From positions 1-29,791 of the forward strand of contig JAQBGU010000040.1 in the NCBI GenBank assembly GCA_032128375.1: a stretch of DNA of 29,791 nucleotides, read 5' to 3'. The stretch is from Deltaproteobacteria bacterium. Its GTDB lineage: Bacteria > Myxococcota_A > UBA9160 > SMWR01. Under the pieces are notes generated by a model. The model did not search any database. It had not been told where the DNA came from and was given only the letters and a program-made list of their open reading frames with translations. Position 1 is the first letter of the stretch, and every line of letters begins with the position of its first letter. Both the position numbers and the translations under genes were made by a program. Of this stretch, positions 1 to 8,684 are shown in pieces.

Positions 1-116
1 ACGCCAATCCGAAGGCCGCAGCCGCGGCTGCGACCCAGCACTACCGTACTCCCCGGCCGAAGCTGAAGCGGGGCATCGGGCGGACAAAAGAGCATGGGTT
101 TTCGGATCTTCGGCAT
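1..116 (-). CDS. N-terminus of a probable FHA-domain protein (runs off the left edge)
   Basis: Manual translation from ATG at 116: MPKIRKPMLFCPPDAPLQLRPGSTVVLGRSRGCGLRIG. 'VVLGRS..C.L.I' matches the first FHA strands. Not in the ORF track because it is truncated. Confidence 0.6.
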   Translation of the reverse strand, partial: MPKIRKPMLFCPPDAPLQLRPGSTVVLGRSRGCGLRIG

Positions 117-183
117 CTCCGCTGTGAGTCGGCATAGGGGGCTGTAGGCTTTACCATACCGCCCCCCGGGGGCCAGGGAGCGG

Positions 184-435
184 TCAGCGTATCTGGAAAC
201 CGCTGAAATCTTCCAGTGGCTGTTCTCGTACGTCGATTCGTTCGACGCTCGCCCAACGAGGCCCCACACGGCAGAACGCGATCGCCCGCTCGACCGCGTC
301 GCGGGGGCCTTCGAATACCGCCTCCACGCACCCGTCTGGCAGGTTTCGCACCCAGCCGACCAGGTGCTCGGATCGAGCGAAGGCTTCGGTCGATCCGCGG
401 AAATACACGCCCTGGACGCGGCCGGTCACCACCAC
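184..435 (-). CDS. acyP: Acylphosphatase; true start may be a CTG at 471
   Basis: Motifs VTGRVQGVYFR and GWVRNLPDGCVEAVFEG; C-terminal FSGFQIR. Confidence 0.93.
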   Translation of the reverse strand: MVVTGRVQGVYFRGSTEAFARSEHLVGWVRNLPDGCVEAVFEGPRDAVERAIAFCRVGPRWASVERIDVREQPLEDFSGFQIR

Positions 436-473
436 GCGTCTGCAGATTCGCTTCGGGACCTCGTCGCTCAGGC

Positions 474-1631
474 TCAGTCCGCGGAGGCGTAGAATTCGAA
501 GTCGACCAGGTTCTCTTTGAGGTAATCACGCAGACGCGCCATCAAGCGCGCTTCGAGTTGCCGGACACGTTCGCGCGAGATGCTGAAATCGTCGGCCAAC
601 TCCTGCAGCGTGCGCGGCTCATCTCGGAGGATTCGCTCATCGACGATCTGCTTGTCGCGATCACCGAGTTCCGCCACGAAATTGGCCATGTGTTCGAGGA
701 ACACCCGTCGCAATTCGGAGTCACCGAAGTTCTGTTCGGCATTTTGTTCACCGGTAGCAACGAAGTCACCAAACTCAGCGCTCGCGTCGTTGCGGCGCGC
801 CGGCGCGTTCAACGACAGGTCTCCCTGCGACATCCGCTGATCCATGTCGATGATATCCGCTTCGCTTACGTCCAGTCGCTCCGCCAGCAGCTTCGGGTCC
901 ACCTCGAAGCCTTCCCGCTCCAGCTGACGCTTTTCCTTGTTGAGTCGGAAAAACAGTTTGCGCTGGGCGCGCGAGCGTCCCAGGCGAACCGTCCGGTAGT
1001 TGTCCATGATGTACTTGAGGATGTATGCGCGGATCCAGTACACAGCGTACGAGGTGAGTTTCACGCCCCGGTAGGGGTCGAACCGCTGAACGGCCTCGAG
1101 CAGACCAACGTTGCCGCTTTGAATCAAATCGAGAACATTGGTCCAGGCGCGCCGGTACTCCATGGCGATTTTTACCACCAGCCGCAGATTCGCCAGCACG
1201 AGTTGGCGAGCAGCGTCGGCGTCGGCGTCTTCGACCCAGCGGACAGCGAGTTCGTGTTCCGCTTCGCGCGAAATCGGCGCGTGATGCGATAGCTGGTTCA
1301 TATAGGCGGTTAGCGCGTCGACCGGTTCGAGCGAGCGATCCGAGGTCGAAACGACCGGCAGCCGAGTTGTCGGACTCGCCCCAGGGCCTGCCGAGTCGAA
1401 TCGTGCCGGCGGTATCTCGTCCGGCTCGTCTGCGTCGTCGGCCGGATCCAACACGTCGTCTGCGTCGACGACGTCGGTCGCATCGATGATCGCCGCAGTT
1501 TCGTCTGCGTCGCTGTCGTCGCATAATGAGGCGAGTTTCCGAGGAGTCACACCCGAATCCGGCTTTCGTTGTGGGAGGGAGGGTCGGGTCGAGCGTAGCA
1601 AAGACGCAAACGCGGGATCGGCGTGTGCCAA
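474..1631 (-). CDS. rpoH: RpoH/sigma-32 family RNA polymerase sigma factor with acidic N-terminal extension (start uncertain; GTG at 1550 is plausible)
   Basis: Region 2 LVLANLRLVVKIA...DLIQSGNVGLLEAVQRFDP; RpoH box QRKLFFRL; region 4 TLQELADDFSISRERVRQLE. Confidence 0.85.
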   Translation of the reverse strand: MAHADPAFASLLRSTRPSLPQRKPDSGVTPRKLASLCDDSDADETAAIIDATDVVDADDVLDPADDADEPDEIPPARFDSAGPGASPTTRLPVVSTSDRSLEPVDALTAYMNQLSHHAPISREAEHELAVRWVEDADADAARQLVLANLRLVVKIAMEYRRAWTNVLDLIQSGNVGLLEAVQRFDPYRGVKLTSYAVYWIRAYILKYIMDNYRTVRLGRSRAQRKLFFRLNKEKRQLEREGFEVDPKLLAERLDVSEADIIDMDQRMSQGDLSLNAPARRNDASAEFGDFVATGEQNAEQNFGDSELRRVFLEHMANFVAELGDRDKQIVDERILRDEPRTLQELADDFSISRERVRQLEARLMARLRDYLKENLVDFEFYASAD

Positions 1632-1689
1632 CCCCGCGTCCGAGGAGCCTGGACCGGGCCTCCTCGTTCGATCTGTGTCGTGGTGTCGC

Positions 1690-2082
1690 TTAGCTCTTCA
1701 ACGTGCGGATATAGGCGATGATGTCGTCAATATCTGTGTCCGAGAGCATGCCGCCCCAAGCAGCCATCATCTGGTTGCCGTCGAATTCTGCCGCGCCCTT
1801 GCTGATCACGGCTTTCAAGTCGGCATCCGTTCCCTTCGAGCCGTCGGCGTCGGTGTCGAATTTGAATTCACCTACCGAAAAGTCGCGCGGCGGCGGTTGC
1901 AGCACGAGTCCGACAGGGCCGTCGCCCTTGCCGGTCTCGCCGTGGCAGGAGCTGCAGTTCGCGGTGTAGAGCGCCTTGCCCTTTTCGACATCGGCGGCGA
2001 ACGACGAGATCGGTGCCATTGCCACGAGCATCGCGCTGAGCGCGACGACACAGAAAAATCGATTTCGATTGGAGTGGTTCAT
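1690..2082 (-). CDS. Periplasmic monoheme c-type cytochrome
   Basis: Signal peptide; CSSCH heme motif; GKGDGP; distal Met in MMAAWG; LSDTDIDDIIAYIRTL. Confidence 0.9.
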   Translation of the reverse strand: MNHSNRNRFFCVVALSAMLVAMAPISSFAADVEKGKALYTANCSSCHGETGKGDGPVGLVLQPPPRDFSVGEFKFDTDADGSKGTDADLKAVISKGAAEFDGNQMMAAWGGMLSDTDIDDIIAYIRTLKS

Positions 2083-2205
2083 GAGGTTGGGTTCTCCGTC
2101 TGTGATGATCTGGGATGATCAATGAGGATCTGAAGTGAATGGTTGGGGTTCTCCAACCGCCCGCGGGCTTGCAGGGGCGGGAGATTACCAGCCGCGCGAA
2201 GTCCG

Positions 2206-3780
2206 TCAAACGATGCGGCGCTCCTTCCAATTGCGCAGCAATTCCAGCAGCATGCGTACACCGACGCCGGTTGCACCTTTTCGCTGATAGGCCGCCCGGC
2301 TGTTCCCCCAGGCCGTTCCTGCGATGTCCAGGTGGGCCCAGGGTGTATCCCCGACAAAGTTCTCCAAAAACGCGGCGGCGGTCGATGAGGACGCGTCTCG
2401 ACCAGCGGTGTTCTTGATGTCGGCCACATCGCTGCGAACCGCGTGTCGATGCACGTCCCAGAGCGGCATCGGCCAGGCGCGCTCGGCGCAGGCCTCGCCG
2501 GCCTCGCGCAGTCCGTCGATGAGTTTGTCGTTGTTGCCAAACAGACCTGTAGCCGACTTTCCGAGAGCGACCACGACGGCGCCTGTGAGGGTCGCCAGGT
2601 CGACCATCGCATCGGGCTCGAATTCTGTTCGGGCAAAGTGGAGCGCATCGGCCAGTACGACGCGCCCTTCGGCGTCGGTATTCAGGACTTCGATGGTCTT
2701 TTTCGACATCGTGGTGATGATGTCGCCGGGTCGGTAGGCGGTAGCGCTCGGCAGGTTCTCAGCGGCCGCGATGACACCGATCACGCGAATCGGCAACTTC
2801 AGCAGTGCGATCGCCCGCATCGCCCCAATAACGGCGGCAGCGCCCGACATGTCGTGTTTCATTTCATCCATCGCGGCGGCCGGTTTGATCGAGATGCCAC
2901 CCGAATCGAAAGTGATCCCCTTGCCCACCAGGCAAATCGTCGGCTGGCGGCGTGCCTTCTTGCGCTTGCCGCCCTTCGATTTGCCCTTTTTCGCGAGCTT
3001 TTTTTTCGATCGCGGGTCGTACTCCATCACGATCATGCACGGGGGCCTCGAGCTGCCGGCGCCGACTGCCAGGATCGCTCCCATCGCTCGGCGCTTGAGT
3101 TCGGGTTCCTTCATGACCCGAACGCTCAGTCCCACCTCGCGGCCAACCCGCACAGCGGCGCGCGCGAGCTCGAGCGGCGGCAGCAAGTTGCCGGGTTCGT
3201 TCGATAGCTGCCGGGCCAGGTTCTGCGAGTCGGCCAGTATGCTGCCGGTTTTCGCCGCGGCGCGGGCGGCCAGCAGCCGCGATGAGGTTTCGATCAATAG
3301 CGAGAAGGATGCGACTCCGGCCGGCTTGCCCGCCGTCTTCGTGCGGTAGGTATCGAAGCGGTAATTGGCCAGGATCGCGCCTTCGCTGGCGGCCTGCGCG
3401 CCGGCGATGATATCGACGTCAGCGCTCGGGTCCAAGCACATCGTCACCGTGCGAGCGCCCTTCGCACGGGCGGAATTGATTGCCCTACCCGCGACGCTAC
3501 GCAGAGTTTCCGCTTCGATATCCGCGAAAGCGCCGAGGCCGCACAGCAGGATCCGCTTGGCGCCAATCGCGCCGCTGGTGTAGAGCAGCACTGACTCGTT
3601 GCTCTTGCCGTGGAAATCCCCACTCTTGACCACGCCCGAGAGCTGTCCTGCGAGCGCGTTATCGATCGCCCTGACGCGAGCCGTAGGCAGCCACCGCTTC
3701 GCTTTCAGCTCCGGTACCGCAATGACGAGCACGTCCGCAGTCACCGCGGAGGGCTTCTGGGTGGCGACGGTTACCCGCAT
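2206..3780 (-). CDS. pepA: Cytosol (leucyl) aminopeptidase, M17 family
   Basis: LVGKGITFDSGG, MKHDMSGAA, NTDAEGRV, DLATLTGA, WAHLDIAG. Confidence 0.96.
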   Translation of the reverse strand: MRVTVATQKPSAVTADVLVIAVPELKAKRWLPTARVRAIDNALAGQLSGVVKSGDFHGKSNESVLLYTSGAIGAKRILLCGLGAFADIEAETLRSVAGRAINSARAKGARTVTMCLDPSADVDIIAGAQAASEGAILANYRFDTYRTKTAGKPAGVASFSLLIETSSRLLAARAAAKTGSILADSQNLARQLSNEPGNLLPPLELARAAVRVGREVGLSVRVMKEPELKRRAMGAILAVGAGSSRPPCMIVMEYDPRSKKKLAKKGKSKGGKRKKARRQPTICLVGKGITFDSGGISIKPAAAMDEMKHDMSGAAAVIGAMRAIALLKLPIRVIGVIAAAENLPSATAYRPGDIITTMSKKTIEVLNTDAEGRVVLADALHFARTEFEPDAMVDLATLTGAVVVALGKSATGLFGNNDKLIDGLREAGEACAERAWPMPLWDVHRHAVRSDVADIKNTAGRDASSSTAAAFLENFVGDTPWAHLDIAGTAWGNSRAAYQRKGATGVGVRMLLELLRNWKERRIV

Positions 3781-3810
3781 CTGTTCTCCTTCTCTTTCTC
3801 TTCAAATTTC

Positions 3811-3874
3811 GAGGGTCTCTTTGGAGGGTCTTTTTGGAGGGTCTGCTTGGAGGTCTGGTTTCGGAGGGTCTTTC
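3811..3874. repeat. Imperfect tandem repeat, 5 units of ~13 bp (GAGGGTCTnnTTG)
   Basis: Units start at 3811, 3824, 3837, 3850 and 3864 in the divergent pepA/tolQ intergenic region. Confidence 0.85.
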
Positions 3875-3935
3875 AGCGGGCCTTTTTTGCGGCCCAATCA
3901 GAAAAGACAGTCTGGTGTGCTCAAGAGTCAGTGCG

Positions 3936-3964
3936 TTGAAGTCGATCGGTGTGTTACCTAGACT
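3936..3964 (+). promoter_or_regulatory. Candidate sigma70 promoter for the tol operon
   Basis: TTGAAG (3936-3941), 17-nt spacer, TAGACT (3959-3964), about 40 nt upstream of the tolQ ATG. Confidence 0.5.
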
Positions 3965-4004
3965 CGACCGAACACACGATCGAACAAAGGACGAATCTCA
4001 TCAG

Positions 4005-4748
4005 ATGAATTTGATCGTCGGGACGGCCTTGGGGGGACGTCTCGCGAGCCTCGATGCACTTGCACTGGTCTGGCAGGCCAGCTGGGTCGTTCAGCTCGTC
4101 CTCCTTCTACTCGTACTCATGTCCGTAGTTTCATGGACAATCATCGCTTTCAAGGTGCGGGAAATGCGCCGTGCCGCGCAGGATAGCGAGGCATTTCTCG
4201 AGGTCTATCACGAGGGCTCGTTCGATGCCGCATACGAAGCAGCGCGCGACCTCGACCGTAGCCCGCTGTCGGTGATCTTTCTCGACATCTATGGCGAGGT
4301 CAATCGGATGGCCCGCTTCAGCGGGAAGTCGGGCGTCGGCGCGCTCGAGGACATTCATCTTCAGGCGCTCGCACGGCAGATTGCGTGGACCGGGTCGCGC
4401 GAAGCCACGCGGCTGGAGCGAGGAATGACTTTCTTGGCGACGACGGGTAGCGCGGCGCCATTCATCGGCTTGTTCGGGACCGTGATCGGAATCATCAACG
4501 CCTTCCAAGGCATCGGCCGAACCGGCTCTGCCAGTCTCGCGGTTGTGGCGCCGGGAATCGCTGAGGCGTTGATTGCCACCGCAGTTGGCCTGTTTGCAGC
4601 GATTCCCGCGACGATCTTCTACAACTCCTTCATCGGTTCACTCCGCACTCTGATGGCGTCTGTCGACTTGTTCGCAGCCGAGTACGAAGGTGACCTTCGG
4701 CGCATGGCGAACGCGAAGAAGGACAAGCCGCCCTCCATGCGGGACTAA
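4005..4748 (+). CDS. tolQ: TolQ (MotA/TolQ/ExbB proton channel)
   Basis: FLATTGSAAPFIGLFGTVIGII, ASLAVVAPGIAEALIATAVGLFAAIPA; ATG at 4005 after AAAGGA; tol operon context. Confidence 0.93.
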   Translation: MNLIVGTALGGRLASLDALALVWQASWVVQLVLLLLVLMSVVSWTIIAFKVREMRRAAQDSEAFLEVYHEGSFDAAYEAARDLDRSPLSVIFLDIYGEVNRMARFSGKSGVGALEDIHLQALARQIAWTGSREATRLERGMTFLATTGSAAPFIGLFGTVIGIINAFQGIGRTGSASLAVVAPGIAEALIATAVGLFAAIPATIFYNSFIGSLRTLMASVDLFAAEYEGDLRRMANAKKDKPPSMRD

Positions 4749-4754
4749 CCCCGA

Positions 4755-5165
4755 TTGGCACTACTTCAGCCCGGCTCAGCGCGACGGCAGATCGCCGAGA
4801 TCAACGTCACTCCGTTTGTCGATGTGATGTTGGTTCTGTTGATCATCTTCATGGTGACGGCGCCCATGATGCAGCAGGGCATAGAGGTCGACCTGCCAGA
4901 AACCACCACGCAAGCGCTGCGGATCCGCGACGAACCGTTGGTCCTGTCCGTTACCGCGAAGGGAAAATATTTCCTGGGAAAGCGGGAGATCGCTCCTGCG
5001 GAGCTGACCGCAAAGTTGGAAGCGATTTTCGAAGGTCGAGACAGCAAGGAAATTTTCTTGCGAGCAGACGAAAACGTGGCATACCGGCATGTGGTTCTAG
5101 CTCTCGCGTCGGCCCGACAGGCCGGAGCAACGAAGCTGGGCATGGTGACCGAGCCCGAGAGCTGA
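4755..5165 (+). CDS. tolR: TolR
   Basis: EINVTPFVDVMLVLLIIFMVTAPM; IFLRADENVAY. Confidence 0.93.
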   Translation: MALLQPGSARRQIAEINVTPFVDVMLVLLIIFMVTAPMMQQGIEVDLPETTTQALRIRDEPLVLSVTAKGKYFLGKREIAPAELTAKLEAIFEGRDSKEIFLRADENVAYRHVVLALASARQAGATKLGMVTEPES

Positions 5166-5186
5166 ATTGGGCAGGAGTGCGCGGTC

Positions 5187-5987
5187 GTGTCCCAAGACAT
5201 CGCAATCGACTTCCAGCGGTTCAGGCGCACCGAGTTGCGCCGTGCAGTGGCCATTTCGGCGGCAGCGCATCTGTTGCTGTTGGGGCTGTTTCTGTATTCG
5301 CCCAACCAGACGATCCGCGCGCCAAGGGGAGTGGTAGCGGTGGAACTCGTGGCCATGCCCCGGCAGTCGCCGTCGCCGGCTCCGCCAGCTCCGGTTGCTC
5401 CAACCGCCCCAACCACACAGCCCGCACCCAGGCCAAAACCCAAGACGGTCGTGTTGCCGGCCGAGCCGACTGCGCCGAAGCCGAAACCCAAGCCCAAACC
5501 GACGCCCAAACCGACGCCCAAACCGAAGCCGACGCCCCAACCGAAGCCAAAGCCCGCGCCGCCGAAGCCCGCCGTTGCACCACCGCAGCAGGAACTCGAT
5601 GATGTGCTCGCGCAACTTCGAGCCGAAAGTGGGGAAAGCCAGCAACCCGTCGTTACGGCCGCCGCCGCCGATACCGGTCCCGCCGGCATCCCCACGGGTG
5701 TCCCGATCTCTCCCGAAGTCGCTGTGTGGCTCAAGCAGGCGAAAATCCATGTGCGACGGAACTGGGTGCTTCAAGCCGGTTTCAAGACTCAGCAATTAGA
5801 AGCGGAGGTCCGAGTAGACCTCGGCCCCACCGGAGCAGTCCGAGGTGTACCAGTGATTACGCGCAAGTCGGGTAACCCGTGGTACGACGAGGGCGTCGTC
5901 CGCGCAATCCAGAAATCGAGCCCGCTGCCGGCGCCACCGGAAGCGGGTAAGTGGACATTCGTGTTCATGCCTGAGGACAGCTTCTGA
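5187..5987 (+). CDS. tolA: TolA / TonB-family energy transducer
   Basis: N-terminal TM helix with SxxxH (SAAAH), Pro/Lys-rich linker, C-terminal KSGNPWYDEGVVRAIQKSSPLPAPP; lies between tolR and tolB. Confidence 0.82.
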   Translation: MSQDIAIDFQRFRRTELRRAVAISAAAHLLLLGLFLYSPNQTIRAPRGVVAVELVAMPRQSPSPAPPAPVAPTAPTTQPAPRPKPKTVVLPAEPTAPKPKPKPKPTPKPTPKPKPTPQPKPKPAPPKPAVAPPQQELDDVLAQLRAESGESQQPVVTAAAADTGPAGIPTGVPISPEVAVWLKQAKIHVRRNWVLQAGFKTQQLEAEVRVDLGPTGAVRGVPVITRKSGNPWYDEGVVRAIQKSSPLPAPPEAGKWTFVFMPEDSF

Positions 5988-7306
5988 TGTCGCATCGATT
6001 GTCTTCTGGTTTGCTGATCACGAGCGCATGGCTCACGCTGGCAGCCGTTGGGGTGGCGGCAGCGGCCGAGCGACCGACTGTGATCGTGACCCCGGGTTCC
6101 AGCCAGCGGCTGAAAGTGGCGCTGCAGCGCTTCGCAGGGGGTCCGGGTGCGGATGAGTACCAGCGCGTGCTCGGAGAGGCGCTCGAGTTCTCGAACATCT
6201 TTCAACTGATTGACGAAAAGGCGTTTCTCGGTCCAACGACAACGACATTTCTCGGTGCCAGCGACCGGTTGGATTGCTCCGAGTGGAGCCAAATTGGCGC
6301 CGACGTATTCGTTGAGGGCGGGCTGAGCACCGAAGGCGTCGACTTCAGAGCTGAGTTTCGGGTTTGGGACCTTGCAGGCTGTGAAAGAAAGCTGCGCAAG
6401 CGCTTCGCCCAGGCCGCTGCGGCCGATTCGAGCATTCTCGCCAAACGCATGGCCGACGACATCATCGAACTGTTCACCGGGATCCGCGGAACTTCGTCGA
6501 CGGAACTCGCATTTGTCTCGAATCGTTCCGGAAATTCCGAGATTTTTGTGATGGACGCAGATGGAGCCAATCAGCGTGCCGCGACCGCAAATCGATCGAT
6601 CAACAACTTTCCGTCATGGTCTCCCAGCGGGGACGCGATCGTCTACACGTCGTACCGCACCCAGACTAGACCGATGCTCTACCTCTCGACCCGTGGTCAG
6701 GGGAAACCGGGTCGGATTCTCGGCCGGCTCAGCGAAATGGCGCAGTATCGCGCAGTCTTTGCACCCAACGGCAAAGAAGTTGGGATCGTGATGAGCCCGA
6801 AGGGAAGCACCGAAATCTACCGGGTCGGGCTCAACGGTCAGTCGCTGCAGCGACTGACCGACAACCGTTCGATCGATATATCGCCGACTTGGTCGCCAGA
6901 CGGCGACCGGATCGCCTTTTCCTCCGATCGCTCGGGAGACCCCCAGGTCTACGTCATGGACGCCAACGGCTCCAACGTCCGGCGCCTGACGTTCGACGGC
7001 AACTACAACACGAACCCGGCCTGGTCTCCGGACGGTCAGTGGATCGCATACCAAAACCGCGTATCGGGTCAGTTCGACATCTGGTTGATCGATCCGGACG
7101 GAAGTGTGAATCTCCCGATCATCACCCACCCCCGTGACGATGAGTCTCCGAGTTGGTCACCCGATTCGCGCATGATTGCGTTCAGCTCCACCCGTCGCGG
7201 AAATGCAGAGATCTATGTGTCCGATTCGAATGGCGGAAACATCAAGCAGTTGACGCGCGCGCCGGGCCCGGATACGAGCCCGTCTTGGGGGCCATATCCG
7301 CGGTAG
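5987..7306 (+). CDS. tolB: TolB, Tol-Pal beta-propeller protein
   Basis: Signal peptide, TolB N-domain, repeated PD40 motifs (PSWSPSGD, PTWSPDGD, PAWSPDGQ, PSWSPDSR). Confidence 0.93.
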   Translation: MSHRLSSGLLITSAWLTLAAVGVAAAAERPTVIVTPGSSQRLKVALQRFAGGPGADEYQRVLGEALEFSNIFQLIDEKAFLGPTTTTFLGASDRLDCSEWSQIGADVFVEGGLSTEGVDFRAEFRVWDLAGCERKLRKRFAQAAAADSSILAKRMADDIIELFTGIRGTSSTELAFVSNRSGNSEIFVMDADGANQRAATANRSINNFPSWSPSGDAIVYTSYRTQTRPMLYLSTRGQGKPGRILGRLSEMAQYRAVFAPNGKEVGIVMSPKGSTEIYRVGLNGQSLQRLTDNRSIDISPTWSPDGDRIAFSSDRSGDPQVYVMDANGSNVRRLTFDGNYNTNPAWSPDGQWIAYQNRVSGQFDIWLIDPDGSVNLPIITHPRDDESPSWSPDSRMIAFSSTRRGNAEIYVSDSNGGNIKQLTRAPGPDTSPSWGPYPR

Positions 7307-7478
7307 GGCGGCGAATGCTTCGAATGCTTCACGGCCCTCGTGTGCGCCGCAGAATCATCGCTCTACCGCGAAGACAGCCAGAGGCTAAGGTCCCGCGGCC
7401 ACTGCGATCTTTGCGAACGAAAAAGGCAGTATGGAGAGGGCTTTATGGTTGCCGGCAACGGCAATTGGGGGGGATCGG

Positions 7479-8222
7479 ATGAGGTGGGGAATCGTGTTGC
7501 TCTTGCTTCCGATGCTGACTGGCTGCGTTACCGTGGCCGAGTTTCGCAAGCTGGAAAATGAAGTGATCGACATGAGGCGCGCCCGTTCGAAGGGCGGCCT
7601 TGGTGGGGGGAACGAGCGGCTCGCGGAGCTCGCGACGCGCTTGGAAACGCTCGAGCAACAGGCTGAACAGCTCGGGGGCCGCGTCGAAGTCGCGGAGCAT
7701 CGCGCCCAGCAAGCGCTGGCTGAAGCGCGTTTGGCACGACAGGAGGCCGATGGGCAGGGCCATGCTGGCTCGGACGGCTCCACCGGTGCAGCTCTGCCGC
7801 CCGACGATTCGGCGTCCTCCGCAAGCCTGGCCGTCTCCGCGGAGGTCGCTGCCTACCGGGTTGGCTACGCGGATTGGCGGCGAGGAGATTGGAGCAGCTG
7901 CATTGACCACTTTCGCGACTTTCTGCAAACTTATCCGTCCTCCGCGTATGCCGATGACGCGGCGTATTGGCTGGCGGACAGTTATTTCAGGCAGGGAGAC
8001 TACAAGACGGCAATTTTGCGATTCGATGATGTCGTGACGACCTACCCACAAGGGAATAAGGCCTCAGAAGCGCTTTACCGTCAGGGGGAAAGTCTGCTGC
8101 GGTTGGGGCCAGGCTTTGGAAAGGCAGCTGGCAAGGCGTTCGAGCGGGTAGTCAAAGAATATCCCCAATCGGCCCGTGCCGCAGAGGCCAAGAGCCAACT
8201 CGAATTGCTTCGCGCACGCTAG
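7479..8222 (+). CDS. cpoB: CpoB/YbgF tol-pal TPR protein (lipoprotein-type signal)
   Basis: Lipobox LTGC, coiled coil, TPR motifs YPSSAYADDAAYWLADSYF and YPQGNKASEALYRQG; follows tolB. Confidence 0.85.
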   Translation: MRWGIVLLLLPMLTGCVTVAEFRKLENEVIDMRRARSKGGLGGGNERLAELATRLETLEQQAEQLGGRVEVAEHRAQQALAEARLARQEADGQGHAGSDGSTGAALPPDDSASSASLAVSAEVAAYRVGYADWRRGDWSSCIDHFRDFLQTYPSSAYADDAAYWLADSYFRQGDYKTAILRFDDVVTTYPQGNKASEALYRQGESLLRLGPGFGKAAGKAFERVVKEYPQSARAAEAKSQLELLRAR

Positions 8223-8318
8223 ACTCCTCCGCCGGTCTTTTGGAAACCACCACGACAACCGATGGAAACGGAACCAAGCAGGGGCGTCCGCGCAGACTGG
8301 ACGCCGTAGGGGAATGGA

Positions 8319-8684
8319 TTGAATAAGCGAGATCGTGAGAAATTCAAGAAGCTGCTTCTGGAACAACGAGCCCAGCTGCAGGGAAATCAACAGCGGTCGA
8401 TCGCGGGCGGAGATATACATCTCGACCCGGATGATTTCCCCGACGAGATCGATACGGCGTCTTCCGAGATCAATCTTCAGTTCACCGGGCGGCTTCGCGA
8501 ACGGGAACAGGGTCTGCTCGCGAAGATCGATGTTGCGCTCCAGAAGATCGAAAACGGCGACTACGGCGAATGCATGAACTGCGGAGAGGATATCGGCATC
8601 AAGCGACTCCGAGCCCGTTCGGTCGCTGAACTGTGCATCGATTGCAAATCCGAACAGGAAAAGATGGAACGACAAGCCGGCTGA
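8319..8684 (+). CDS. dksA: DksA/TraR C4-type zinc-finger RNA polymerase-binding factor
   Basis: DEID tip motif, RLREREQGLL, YGECMNCGEDIGIKRL, LCIDCK. Confidence 0.9.
   Translation: MNKRDREKFKKLLLEQRAQLQGNQQRSIAGGDIHLDPDDFPDEIDTASSEINLQFTGRLREREQGLLAKIDVALQKIENGDYGECMNCGEDIGIKRLRARSVAELCIDCKSEQEKMERQAG

Noticed and set aside
216..1292. Long antisense ORFs (e.g. 216-1292, 4766-5734, 8986-9984, 11882-13108, 26803-28227)
   Set aside because: Shadow frames of well-supported genes in high-GC DNA, with no recognisable motifs
3811..3874. Possible CRISPR array
   Set aside because: Units are 13 bp with no spacers, and there are no cas genes
5477..5570. Repetitive DNA inside tolA
   Set aside because: Encodes the expected Pro-Lys linker of TolA/TonB proteins
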